Shown: in pieces, positions 12,290 through 23,772 of the stretch | How positions within the stretch are numbered: the first letter of the stretch is position 1 | Layout: each line of letters opens with the position of its first letter | Assembly: GCF_004010195.1 (NCBI RefSeq) | Contig: NC_057718.1 | Span: forward strand, 74,940,117 to 74,989,779 | DNA: 49,663 nucleotides | Reading direction: 5' to 3' | From: Chiloscyllium plagiosum | Lineage: Eukaryota | The notes under the pieces: generated by a model | The model's database searches: none | Seen by the model: the letters and a program-made list of their open reading frames with translations, nothing else | What the model was told of the DNA's origin: nothing | Program-made: the position numbers and the translations under genes

Positions 12290-14976
12290 AAATTTTCCAA
12301 GAAGTGTAAAATTAATAAGGCAGTGATAGTAAGGAATTTCAACTTCCCTAACATTAAATGGAGTAGTCGTAGTGTGAAAGATTAAAAGGGAGTGGAATTC
12401 TTAAATGCTTTCAGAAGAGTTTTCTGAATGAAGCTGGATGATGAAGCTGGGCAAATGTTTGAAGTATTAATGGGGGAGCATTTTGCAGACAACAATCATA
12501 ACTCCATTACATTCAAAACCTTTCTGTGAAAGAACAAGAAATCAATATCTAAACTGGGGGAAGGCCAATTTTAATAAGATCAGGTATGATTTAGCCAGAG
12601 AGTACTGGAAGCACATTCAAGAATGAAAAAATGGAGAGGACTTGGCCAAAATGTTCCAATAAAGACAAAGAGTGGGACAAACTAATTCTGTGACTCGCAG
12701 ACATGAAGCGACATATAGCATTGGATAAAGAGAAAGAAAGAAAGCTTATGGCAGCTATCAAGGATTCATAACAACAGAAGACATACAAAAATGAAGAATG
12801 TTAATGGGAAACTTAAAAAGGAAATTAAGATAACAAAAGGGGGCATAAAAGGATCACGGTAGGTGAAATAAAGAAAATATAAAGTTATTTTACAAGGACA
12901 TTAAAGATTAAGCAATTTTATTGTCACATGTACTCAAATGAGTACAGTGAAAAGTTTATAAATCGCCATTTATAGCACCATCTTAGGTACAAGGTACCTA
13001 GGGACAGCTTCTTCAGTTACAACAATAGTTACAGTGTAACAATCTCACCAACACACAGCACCAGCTTAGGTACAGAGTACCTAGGTACAATCCTTAGTTA
13101 CAGAATAGAGAAATGTAGAAAAAAAAAAGGTTACATTAGAGCTATACATAATATATCCATAGGTCAGAAAAACAAGAAGGAGAAAGTGAGGACTGCAGAT
13201 GCTGGAGATCAGAGCTGAAAATGTGTTGCTGGAAAAGCGCAGCAGGTCAGGTAGCATCCAAGGAGCAGGAGAATCGACATTTTGGGCATGAGCCCGAAGA
13301 AGGGCTCATGCCCAAAACGTAGATTCTCCTGCTCCTTGGATGCTGCCTGACCTGCTGCGCTTTTCCAGCAACACATTTTCACCTCAGAAAAACAAGAAGC
13401 AAAGTTAACAAGACAAACATCGCAGCCTCTCTCCAAGTGCTCTCTGCAGCAGACCAGCACAGTACGCCTCCACATGATCTGACTGCTCACAGCTATCACA
13501 CTCTGCCCCGACCGCTGCTGCCACAGTACGCACTGCACCGTTGCCATCATGCTCTGCATGGCATTATCCCCATTTCGCACTGGGCCACTGGTTGCTGGTG
13601 TCCCAGTTTGGGCCACCAACCCCGCTTTGGTGGCTGGGGCTGGGTGTCTGATGGGTAGCAAGTTAAAAGAACAGGCAGAACATAAATAAAAGCAAAGTAG
13701 AACAAAAAAATTAAGGAGGGAAAAGTTATAGTACAATAGAAAGTTAGCCAAAAATAGAAAAAGAGCAAATAAACATTTCTTCAGATAAATAAACAAGAAC
13801 AGAGTTAACAAAGTAAATGTTTGCCCTATAGAAAAATTAGGAAATTAGTAATGGAGGTTAAAGAAATGGCAGATGAATTGAACAGATATCTTATGTTGGT
13901 CTTTACTAGAGAGGAGACCCATAGCATCCTGGAATTAGCCATAAATCAGGGATTGAAAGGGAAGAAGGAGCTCAAGAAAATTCCGATTACCAGGGAAGTA
14001 TTACTGAATAAATTGTTAGAGCTATGAGTTGACAAGTCCCCAGGTCATGACAGATGTCATCCTTGTACCTTTAAAGAAGTAGCTCATGAGAAAGCTGATG
14101 AATTGTTTTTAATTTTCCAGAACTCATTAGTCTTGGAGAACGATTCCTTTAGATTGAAAAATAGCTCATGTAACTCTTTCATTCAAAAAAGGGAGGGAAG
14201 AAGAAAGCAAGAATCTACAGACTAGTTAGTTTAACGTCTGTAATAGGGAACATTTTCAAAGTTATTATTAAAGTTGTTATAAAAGCACTTTGATAAATTC
14301 AAGGTAATCATGCAGTGCCTGATTATCTTTTGTCAAAGATAAATCATGTTTAACTAATATATTGGAGTTCTTTTAATAAATAACTTGTGCTGTAGATAAA
14401 GGGGAACCAGTTAATGTATTGAATTCAGATTTCGAGAAATTATTTAATAAGATGCACATCAAAGATTATTGTGGAAAATAAAAGCTTGTGTTGTAGGTCA
14501 TAACATTTTGAATGACAGAAGATGGCTGGCTAACAGGAAGCAGACAGTAAGAATAGATTAGTCTTTTTCAGGTTGGCAGGATGTCATAAATAGGAACTGG
14601 TGCTGAGCCTGATTTTTTTGCAATTTATATAAATGATTTTGGTGCAGGATCAAAGCAACATTTCCTGGTGTCACAAAAATAGGTAGGAAAGTGAATTGTG
14701 AAGGTGATATAAGTGACCTACAAAGGGATACAGGTGTGAATGGGAAAGATCAGGCAAATGGAATGCAACGTTGGAAAGTGTGAAATTGTCCATTTTGGCA
14801 GAGCAAATTCTTTAAAATTATCTAAATGGTGAGAGGTTATAGAGCATGGAGATGCAGTCAGATCTGGACATGCTTGTGTATGAATTGCAGAGGTTACAGG
14901 CATAATATATAATCAGGAAACTAATATAATGTTATATTTCATTGCAAGGGGAATTGAATGCAAGAATAGGGAGGTT
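12290..14976 (+). mobile_element. Old CR1 LINE ORF2 remnants (APE endonuclease to RT), interrupted by insertions
   Basis: IVRNFNFPNI, EHFADNNHNSITF, KEMADELNRYL, NVTLSFKK, KSCLTNILEFF, WQMECNVGKCEIVHFG-like segments. Confidence 0.75.
13180..13383. mobile_element. Palindromic PLE family-A mini-element
   Basis: ~79-bp inverted arms (~13217-13295 and ~13302-13380). 16-bp TSD TCAGAAAAACAAGAAG at 13164-13179 and 13384-13399. Confidence 0.88.
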
Positions 14977-15750
14977 ATAGAACATAGAAAATTACAGCAC
15001 AGTACAGGCCCTTCAGCCCTTGATGTTGCACCAACCTGTGAAAACAACTGAAGCCTATCTATCCTACACTATTCCAGTATCATCCATATGTTTATCCAAT
15101 GACTATTTAAACGGCCTCAAAGTTGGCAAGTCTACTACTGTTGCAGACAGGGCATTCCACGCCCTTACTACTCCCTGAGTAAAGAACCTACCTCTGACAT
15201 CTGTCCTATCTCTATCAACCCTCAATTTAAAGCTATGTAACCTCATGCTAGCCTTCACCATCTGAGGAAAAAGGCTGTCACAGTCCACCCTATCTAAGCC
15301 TCTGATCATCTTGTATGTCTCTATTAAGTCACCTCTCAACCTTCTTCCCTCTAATGAAAACAGCCTCATGTCCCTCAGCCTTCCCTCATAAGACCTACTC
15401 TCCATTACAAGCAACATCCTGGTAAATCTCCAGTGACCTCTTTCCAAAGCTTCCACATCCTTCCTGTAATGCAGTGACCAGAATCGTACGCAGTACTCCA
15501 AGTGCAGCCGCACCAGAGTTTTGTACAGCTGCATGACCTCATGGCTCTAAAACTCAATCCCTCTACCAATAAAACCTAAACACCGAATGCCTTCTTAACC
15601 TTATCAACCTGGGTGGCAACTTTCAGGAATCTATGTACATAGATACTGAGATCTCTCTGTTCATCCACACTACCAAGAATTTTACCATTAGCCCAGTCTG
15701 CTGAATTCCTGTCATTCCTTCCAAAGTGAATCACCTCACACTTTTCTGCA
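14977..15750 (-). mobile_element. CR1 LINE 3' end inserted into an older CR1
   Basis: QLYKTLVRLHLEYCVRFWS...RRLRGDLIETYKMIRGLDRV; (TTCTATG)n tail at ~14977. Confidence 0.9.
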
Positions 15751-16215
15751 TCATGCTTCAGTTATACAAGCACTTGTGAGATCACATTTGGAATACTGTG
15801 TACTGTACAGGTCACTGGTCGCACAAAAGAATTCTAATCCATTGGAAGCAGTCAGAGAAGGTTTAAACACTTATACCTGGAGTCACTAGATTGCTAGGTC
15901 TGTATCTTCTGGAGCTTAGAAGAGTAAGAGGTGGCCTAATTGAAATATAAAAGATCCTGAGGGACTTGACTGGGTAGATGGAGATAGGATGTTTCCTCTG
16001 ATGGAACAATCTAGAACTAGGGGTTATAGCAGCTGTGGTGGAGTAGACAGCATCCAAAGTCAGTCCAGGGTTCACCCTTTCTGTCCCCTTCTCTTTGTTT
16101 TTCCTTTTCTCATTCTCCTTTTTTAAAAGGTTTCTTTTTTTTTTAACTTACTTTGTGGAGAGAGCAGCAGTGATGGCATTGGTGTTGCAGCAACTGAGGG
16201 CCCAGAGTAGGATGG

Positions 16216-16713
16216 TGTGGGAAAAAGATCTGTCACATAAAAAACACAGAGGCTGGCCTGTAAAACACAGAAATCAAGACTGCCAACACATACAGAAACG
16301 ACCCAGAGTGTCCCAGTCTTGGCTAAACAGGCCTACGCAAAAAGAATCCTCTAGAAACCATTCTCACCCACTCACAGGGATGGTTGGAATCTCCTGTGTC
16401 AATTAGAAATGAATTACTATTGCCAAATGCTTGATTAATTTCGACTCATTTATTCTGTTTAATCTCTTTACTATTTTCACCATTGTACTGTAACTGCTTT
16501 ACAATTATCACCTCCTTTGTGTTGTACCCTTATAAACATGCCTGTACTTTCAGTTCTGGGAAGTGCATTCTAGCCATCTGTGCAGAGAATCAGTTTTTTG
16601 TCAGCCTGGTTAATTTCTCTTCCATGGCATCGCTTTGTTTAGTTAAACCACTTGTCAAGTTCACTACGATCCTTGTTTGTGGTCTCTGATCAATTGGCCT
16701 CAATTCTACGACA
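16216..16713. mobile_element. Solo LTR (~498 bp)
   Basis: TG...CA termini with short imperfect inverted ends (TGTGGGAA / TTCTACGACA). 5-bp TSD GATGG at 16211-16215 and 16714-16718. Confidence 0.65.
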
Positions 16714-16837
16714 GATGGTCAGCGGGTGCAGAGCACAGCAGAGGGCCAGCAGTTGGCAATCCAGGAGTGGGATGGCCAGCGGTCAGTGGGCCAGAGTGGA
16801 GCAGACAGCCAGTGGTTGGTGGGCCAAGGCAGAGCAG

Positions 16838-17151
16838 GATTAGATTAGATTACATTACAGTGTGGAAACAGGCCCTTCGGCCCAACAAGTCCACACCGAC
16901 CCACCGAAGCGCAACCCACCCATACCCCTACATTTACCCCTTACCTAACACTACGGGCAATTTAGCATGGCCAATTCACCTGACCTGCACATCTTTGGGC
17001 TGTGGGAGGAAACCGGAGCACCCGGAGGAAACCACGCAGACACGGGGAGAACGTGCAAACTCCACACAGTCAGTCGCCTGAGGCGGGAATTGAACCCAGG
17101 TCTCTGGCGCTGTGAGGCAGCAGTGCTAACCACTGTGCCACCGTGCCGCCC
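16838..17151 (-). mobile_element. Full-length young HE1-like V-SINE
   Basis: GGGCGGCACGGTGGCACAGTGGTTAGCA head, B-box, V-domain and tail. CpGs retained. Confidence 0.92.
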
Positions 17152-19684
17152 ACAACCAGTGATCAGTGGGCTGGAGCAGAGGGGGATGGCTAGTGGTCAG
17201 TGGGCCCAGAGCAGGGTGTTTGGTGGTCAGTGGACTGGGTTTGCTGTGTTCAGCTTGTCACAGATGATGGTCAGTGGCTTGTGAGCCCAGTTGGGGTCAG
17301 TCCAGTGAGGGAAAGAACGAGATCATTTAAGTGACTACAAGCTATAGAAGGACTGTAATGTCTATAATTTAACCTTATTAATTTATTTTCCTAATTTATA
17401 TTATGAAGAACTATGATATAGAACTTTACCTTTTTGCTTTGTTTCTCTGTTTTTGCACCTGATCTACTTTAGTACCTCAGATTTGTAACTAGGTACTTTG
17501 TACAAAGATGGTGCCATGTGTGGTGATATAATATACTTGTATACTTGAGTATAAGTGACAATAAAATCCAATTTTCAATAAACCTAATTCTCAATTAGTT
17601 TAAAAGGAAGAGATGGACTATTTAAGATGGATGAGGATATGTTTGTCTTTGAGAGGGTTCTGAGTTTGTGGAAATCCCTTCCTTAAAAGGGCTGCAGAAT
17701 CTTTAAATATTTTTAAGGCGGAGTCGGTCGGTTCTTGGTTTCTCTATCGATGGAGACAGTTTTAAGTTACTCCCCCACGCCCCTATTGTCTTTGAATTCC
17801 TACACTGCTTGGGATGTTTTTAATGTCTTTTTTCAGACGTTTTCCAAACTCCCTGCTGTTTGTCTCAGGCTCATTCGTTACGAATTAACGCTCCCTTTAG
17901 CTACTCCTTTCAAAAAAAATACATTTCAACGTGTTTCTCGTTAGTTTACCGTCACACTGTAATGTCTCCCTTAATTATTTATTTGATTACTTCTTTATTT
18001 TTCCTGTCAATCTTCCAGTCTACCAATAATCTCAATTTTGCAAAATTCAGCGAAGGTTTGTAGGGCTGGAAGTGGTTAACGGGATAAGGAGGTGAGGAAT
18101 GGAAGAATTTGAACAGAAGGAAGAACGCTTTGAATCGGAGATATTGAGGAACTGGGAACTATGGTTGACCAGCTAGCCCAGGGACATGCTGCCAGTTGAG
18201 ATCGGTGAAGAGTTTAGGATGAATCACTGGATAATAGCGATATTTTGCGTGCTGCCCCGAAATCTTAGGCGGGTCTTAAAACGAAACAAGCCCCAGCTAC
18301 TCCCTTTTTCCTTTCCCCCACATTAAGCCCAGCGGATTAAAAATAAATTTAAAGTTTGAATCCCATTTCAATCAGAAAATACCCATTATATTTTCGTCCA
18401 GAACAACACTGTTGTTTCATTTATCAGTTAAGTGCTGGATAGGTGCTTGCTGGTGTGCAGTGTATGAACTCGGTAGTGACTACCTCGATGCAATATTGTT
18501 GCCTGAACAGGTTAACACCGATCTCTGATTCTGAGAACCTCAGTAATTCCTTCTGACCTGTACGCTGTGGCCAAAGGATGACAGGCACGCAGCTTATCAG
18601 ATAAATATTGTGTTTCAGTTATAATAATAATGTTCTGGTCTCAAGTAGTTGTCGGGAATCCCTAATTAAACGTCGTAAATATTTAACCGGGCCAAAGGAG
18701 ATATATTCCTAAAATCGAACTTCCGAAATAACATGCTAAAAGGCATCAAAATGTTAGCGAGTGAAGTTCGTTATAATTCCTGAGTTTCTTACAAAGATTC
18801 TGCCAATAATACTCGTGAATAGAAATCACGGATTATTTATACCTTTACTTGGGAGAAACGCAGACTTTGGGCGGAATTTTCTGTTAACTGCCATTTTTGC
18901 AGCAAAAAGCTGTGAGTCTTGATGAACGTCTGACAACATTTAGGTAACTGTAACGGGCAGGTGGACATCAAGAGGTTGAGATCTAAGGCACCAGTCGACG
19001 TGCAGACTGGTGAAGACAGACAGGTCTTTCCTGGGCATGTAATGCGCCCAGTAACGAGTCCATTCCACGGCTGGTCTCGTTTCACATTCGGGGGCAAACT
19101 GGAAATAGCCAAGAAAAGGAAACATAAAAAAAGACAAAGTAGCGAGACACAGAATAAAGTGCCGATACGATCATATGAAATATAAATTGCAGCGGGTCTT
19201 ATTACAGGAAAGATTTGGATCTATTTGCTCTTCACTCTGTCCTGGAGCCTTCATTTTCGTGACTCCCGAATATTCTTCACTAGGATTTGTGAATGGTATT
19301 TCCCTCCTGGTGTACTGACATCTCTCAGGGAAATATCAGACACAAGGTGTCTTCCCGCTGACGTGGTGTCGCAGTTTGGCTGAACTGTAAACTCGAAAAG
19401 TGTTCACAACCACTTCGGGTAAGTGCGGAGTGCTGTCGCAGAGAATGTGACTAGCAGAGAAGGACGCAGCAGTCTGTGAACAGTTTAACCATCCACACGT
19501 CGAAAATATGCACCAGCAGCAACCCCCCGCCCCACCTTCAAAGGATTAATGTGTGAATGTTGGTGCTTTGAAAACCTCAGATAAATCTCTCAAGGCGCGG
19601 GGGACTTGGGAAAACAGCGGCATTTGATTCGTGTCTGTCAGCATTTCTGCTTTCGGGATAGAAAGGAACCATTGGGTAGTGGGT

Positions 19685-19967
19685 CTGATTGGACGGTGTG
19701 GATGGTGAAACGTGATTGTCAACTGATGAGAAAACGAAATCGTTTCACCCGAATCGTCTCGACAATCTGTGTACATCAGCCTGCGTGATAGCCATTGAGC
19801 GAAAGAAACTGGTCGGGAGAGAGAGAGAGAGAGAGAGAGCAAGCTGTGGGAATGCCAAGGAGCACTATGACCCAGAGGAGGCGTTTGGTTCTGCGTTAAA
19901 ACTCGAAGCTGAAGGACTGGTTCAGTTTGGTTAGACTCCGTCTTCCTGTGGGAGGGATGTTATAAAA
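19685..19967 (+). promoter_or_regulatory. Candidate htr1b proximal promoter: inverted CCAAT box (CTGATTGG 19685-19692), (GA)n tract (~19817-19839), ETS-like CTTCCTG (~19942-19948), TATA box TATAAAA (19961-19967)
   Basis: Motifs read directly, ~570-850 bp upstream of the ATG in a CpG-rich region. The TSS is not determined. Confidence 0.45.
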
Positions 19968-20535
19968 CAATGTGAAGATGCGGACCGGACACATTCTCTC
20001 CAAGCCGCGCTCCCTCCTTATGCCTTCCCAGCCCTGCACCTGAGCTGAGCTCGGGGGAACCACTCCGAAAAACCAGAGAAAACATCGCCAAACGCCAAGA
20101 AACCTGAGCTTAATGGAGCCTGGGCTTCGTCAGCATCTGAGATGAACATTTCAGATGAAGTCTATTTATCCTGAGGTGGCAAAATATTCTTTATCTCGGT
20201 AACCTAAGTAAAACAGAACAGCCCAGACTGAAGAGTTAAGAGGTAACAAGTTAGTGGCAGCAACTGTTCTGAATGAAGGAGTCAGCAATGATGAATTTGA
20301 ACATGAAGAAGTTTAAATCCTAACACAGGTTCCTGGGCTATCCTGCAGCCGCAAAGTCTCATTCAGAAAGACGAGGAGCTGCACACACTAGCGGTTGCAA
20401 ACAGACTTATTCCCGGCCGGTTGGCTGGGAGTGGGCAGGCAGCATTCCCAGCGAAGCGGGACTGACCGCTGGGAGCTGCCCGAGTAATGCACGTGTGGGC
20501 CGAGCGGCCGCTGGTTTGCCTTCCGGGGGAAGAGA

Positions 20536-21666
20536 ATGAACGAGTCCGCCGAGTGCCTGCCGCCAAACAGCGTGCAGCTGCAAGCCAACTCCAAGCATGT
20601 CAACTGCAGCGCCAAAGTGAGTGCTCCCGGAGGGACTGGCATCACAGCCTGGGGGGTGTCGGCCTCGGTTTTCCTGTGCCTCATCACCCTGGCCACGGTG
20701 CTCTCCAATGGGTTTGTCATCGCCACCATTTACCAAGCCCGCAAGCTGCACACTCCCGCCAATATCCTGATCGCCTCGCTGGCTGTGACCGACCTGCTGG
20801 TCTCTATCCTGGTCATGCCCCTCAGTATTGTCTACACTGTCAGCGGCACCTGGAGCCTCGGCCAGGTTGTGTGTGACATCTGGCTGTCCTCCGACATTAC
20901 CTGCTGCACCGCCTCCATCCTCCATCTGTGCGTGATCGCTTTGGACCGATACTGGGCGATCACCGACGCGGTGGGGTACTCGATGAAGCGAACGCCTGAA
21001 AGAGCCGCTGTGATGATAGTCACTGTCTGGATCATCTCCATCTGCATCTCCATCCCGCCTCTGTTCTGGAGGCAAGCCAAAGCCGGAGAGCTCATGCACT
21101 GCGCTGTCAACACGGACCAGCTCTTCTACACCATCTACTCAACTTTCGGCGCCTTCTACATCCCCACGCTGCTGCTGATCGCCCTATACGGGCGGATCTA
21201 CGTGGAGGCCAGGTCCCGGATCCTAAAGCAGGCGCCGAAGCAGAGCGGCAAGCGCCTGACCAAGGCTCAGCTGGTCACCCACTCGCCAGGATCTTCTTCC
21301 CTGTCCTCCGTCAACTCCCGGGTGACCGAGTTACCCAGCGAGACCGCCTCCCCGGTTAACCCCAACCACGTCAAAGTCAAGGTTTCCGACATGTTGCTGG
21401 AAAAGAAGCGGATCTCGGCGGCCCGAGAGAGGAAAGCCACCAAAACCTTAGGGATCATCCTCGGCGCCTTCATCGTGTGTTGGCTTCCGTTCTTTATCAT
21501 CACCCTGGTCTTACCCATCTGCAAGGAGGCGTGCTGGTTCCACCAGGCCATCTTCGACTTCTTTAACTGGCTGGGCTATCTCAATTCCCTCGTCAACCCC
21601 ATCATCTACACCATGTCCAATGAAGACTTTAAGCAGGCTTTCCAGAAACTCATCCGCTGTCGGTGA
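20536..21666 (+). CDS. htr1b: 5-hydroxytryptamine (serotonin) receptor 1B, intronless class A GPCR, 376 aa
   Basis: Seven hydrophobic TM segments with aminergic motifs (LAVTD, D3.32 in SSDITCC, DRY, CWLPFF, NPIIY). ICL3 ([13 protein letters not shown]...GKRLTKAQL...SPGS...[24 protein letters not shown]) and the C-terminus ([16 protein letters not shown]) match 5-HT1B rather than 5-HT1D. N-terminal sequons NES and NCS. Confidence 0.96.
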   Translation: MNESAECLPPNSVQLQANSKHVNCSAKVSAPGGTGITAWGVSASVFLCLITLATVLSNGFVIATIYQARKLHTPANILIASLAVTDLLVSILVMPLSIVYTVSGTWSLGQVVCDIWLSSDITCCTASILHLCVIALDRYWAITDAVGYSMKRTPERAAVMIVTVWIISICISIPPLFWRQAKAGELMHCAVNTDQLFYTIYSTFGAFYIPTLLLIALYGRIYVEARSRILKQAPKQSGKRLTKAQLVTHSPGSSSLSSVNSRVTELPSETASPVNPNHVKVKVSDMLLEKKRISAARERKATKTLGIILGAFIVCWLPFFIITLVLPICKEACWFHQAIFDFFNWLGYLNSLVNPIIYTMSNEDFKQAFQKLIRCR

Positions 21667-22586
21667 CTGTGCACCCTGAGCATCTCCTTGGACAACTCCA
21701 CCATTCCCCCCCCCCCCAGTCCCCACCCCACGCCGTGTTGCCCCAACGCTACCAAGAGGGATGTGTGCCAGCTCTTCGGGCATCTCTCGGCACCTGCAAA
21801 CGGGCACCCGCAGCGTTGCATATGGCACTTTATCGAAAAAACAAAAGCGAAGATGCGTCAATCGGACCAGCGCGTCGCAGCTTTTCTTGATCTCAGTCAG
21901 ATCAGTCGCGATCAAAAGTTAAAGACAGAAACCCTTCCCGCCGCACTCACCATGAGAGGATACTGTAGTTATTTTCGAGAGGGATTTGATGCTGTCTCTC
22001 ACTTCAGTGAGGTGGATAGCTGCGACAGTCTAGACCTGAAACTTGGGGTATCTTGGACTAAGCTGAAGGCAGTTTCTGGGTCTGGCTGTGGAGAGACATC
22101 GCCAGTTCCCCGCAGCCCCCAAAACTGCTACATTTGGAATAGCTTTGGCCGTGTTAGAGATTGCGCCTCTTCAAAGCTTCGCCTTCTATTTATAACGGAA
22201 GTTTTAGTTGTTTGAACAGAAAGAATTGAAGGCTAACAAAGGATGTTGCAGCTTAGAAATACTATTCTAATCATTCATTTTTTTCCCGTTTATATTGCTT
22301 TGATCGCACATGCCAACTGAGCCGGTTTTTTCCCCCAATATTTTGCAATTAAAATGCACATCATTGAATGCCAGTGTATGACAAATTCTCGATCCTAAAC
22401 AAGCTTCATAAAGCCGCCTGTATTCTCAACGTGTTGTTGCTACTTGGTTACCTGTAGTTTCAAATCATGGAAAAAACGAAACCGAATTCAACCACAGTAA
22501 TTTTTCCCCTGTCAGCACTGTGTTTTGATGTGTTATCTTCCATATTTAGATGAATGATGTTATTTGCAGGTTAAACTGACGATCCA

Positions 22587-22592
22587 AATAAA
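22587..22592 (+). terminator. Candidate htr1b polyadenylation signal AATAAA (alternative ATTAAA at 22348-22353)
   Basis: First canonical AATAAA noticed after the stop, ~920 nt downstream, followed by T-rich sequence and just before the first downstream TE. Confidence 0.5.
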
Positions 22593-22759
22593 GGAATGTT
22601 TATTTTAAGACAAACGAAGCCGGTTAACGCTGCGTTTTTGATAACACTCGGTTTATATTTCTGATAAGCCAGTATTGGTAAGCAATGTTAAAACGAGAAA
22701 GACAGCTCCACAGAAGTTTTCGAAATTGCGAACAAAATCACAGACAATCTCTTCACCAA

Positions 22760-23772
22760 GTTAAAAATCACACAACACCAGGTTATAGTCCAACAGGTTT
22801 ATTTGGAAGCACTAGCTTTGAGAGCTCCGCACCTTCATCAAGATCACTTCAGCGGTCCGGGACATTCGGCCTCTGACCTTTGGCTGACCATCCTCCAGGG
22901 CGGACTTCTGGACAAGCAACACCGCAGAGTGGCCGAGCTGAGAGCAAAGCTCGGTATCCGTGGAATGGCCTCAACCGGAACCCTGGGTTCATGTCACACT
23001 ACAGGTGACCCCACTGTACCATACACACTCTCACACACACATCCACACTCCTACATAGACACACCCAGGCAGACCCTTTGTTATACCCAAGTTCTCTCTC
23101 ATATGCACACACATATACACCATCCCTCCCCCCCCCCCACCCCACTGCACTCACACCCATACACGCACTCTCTCATATGCACATATCCAGTCACACAGAG
23201 ACACACGCAAACACTTAACCAAGCTTACACACGCACACACACATTTACTGTACACACAGTCTATCAGGTGCACTCACACCCGCAGGCACACACTCACATG
23301 CACACTCGCTCTGCCATTCCGTCAGGCACACACATATAGGTTTATGGGGTGAATTTGTTTTTGCAGAATTACATTTTATGTTTCAAAAACTGCATGAAGC
23401 CATGTAAAACATCTGTAAAACTGTGCAGAGGGTTTGTCAGTTTGACTAAACATTGGGACACAGGCAGACTTCACACCTATTGTTAGAAAAGCTGAGCTGT
23501 CTTGAGAATGTAATTCGAAAGAAGTTCTAGGTTTTACATATCAAAGAACAAAAATCAACATATCCCATTCTAAAGGATGAAAGATTTAATGTAAAATTGT
23601 TTACTGTATCACAACTCCATCACACTGGACTCCTTTGGCTATAAATTCTGTGATCATGATCTTATTCACCCCAGCCACCTGATGAAGGAGCGGTACTCTG
23701 AAAGCTAGTGCTTCTAAATAAACCTGTTGGACTATAACCTGGTGTTTAACTTTGTCCAGCCCAGTCCAACAC
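22760..23772 (+). mobile_element. PLE family-B 3' end: inverted terminal copy (22760-22841), GIY-YIG C-terminus, (CA)-rich UTR, hammerhead (23679), terminus
   Basis: HFSGPGHSASDLWLTILQGGLLDKQHRRVAE...GLNR..GFMSHY across frameshifts. CACCTGATGAAGGAGCGGTACTCTGAAAGCTAGTG. Confidence 0.8.

Larger units (their letters stand above)
17750..22750. other. CpG-rich, TE-free island around htr1b
   Basis: CpG dinucleotides are visibly abundant even in AT-rich parts, unlike the CpG-depleted flanks. No SINE, LINE or PLE pieces were recognised inside. Confidence 0.65.

Noticed and set aside
13180..13383. Interpretation of the palindromes as DNA-transposon MITEs or miRNA genes
   Set aside because: Asymmetric arms, variable 12-16 bp TSDs and identity to termini of GIY-YIG-coding PLEs in the same window fit retrotransposition better; no evidence for miRNA processing.
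17070..17151. tRNA-like sequences with A and B boxes (also ~3920-3992, ~5050-5117, ~1583-1647)
   Set aside because: SINE heads without a complete cloverleaf; most are fused to a V-domain and LINE-derived tail.
20407..21099. 230-aa antisense ORF and other ORFs overlapping htr1b
   Set aside because: Shadow frames expected from a GC3-rich CDS; no recognisable domain.
20536..21666. Assignment as HTR1D
   Set aside because: ICL3 ([22 protein letters not shown]) and the [13 protein letters not shown]-terminus match HTR1B.
22803..23339. 178-aa His/Thr-rich ORF
   Set aside because: A frameshifted GIY-YIG tail reading into (CA)-rich low-complexity UTR.
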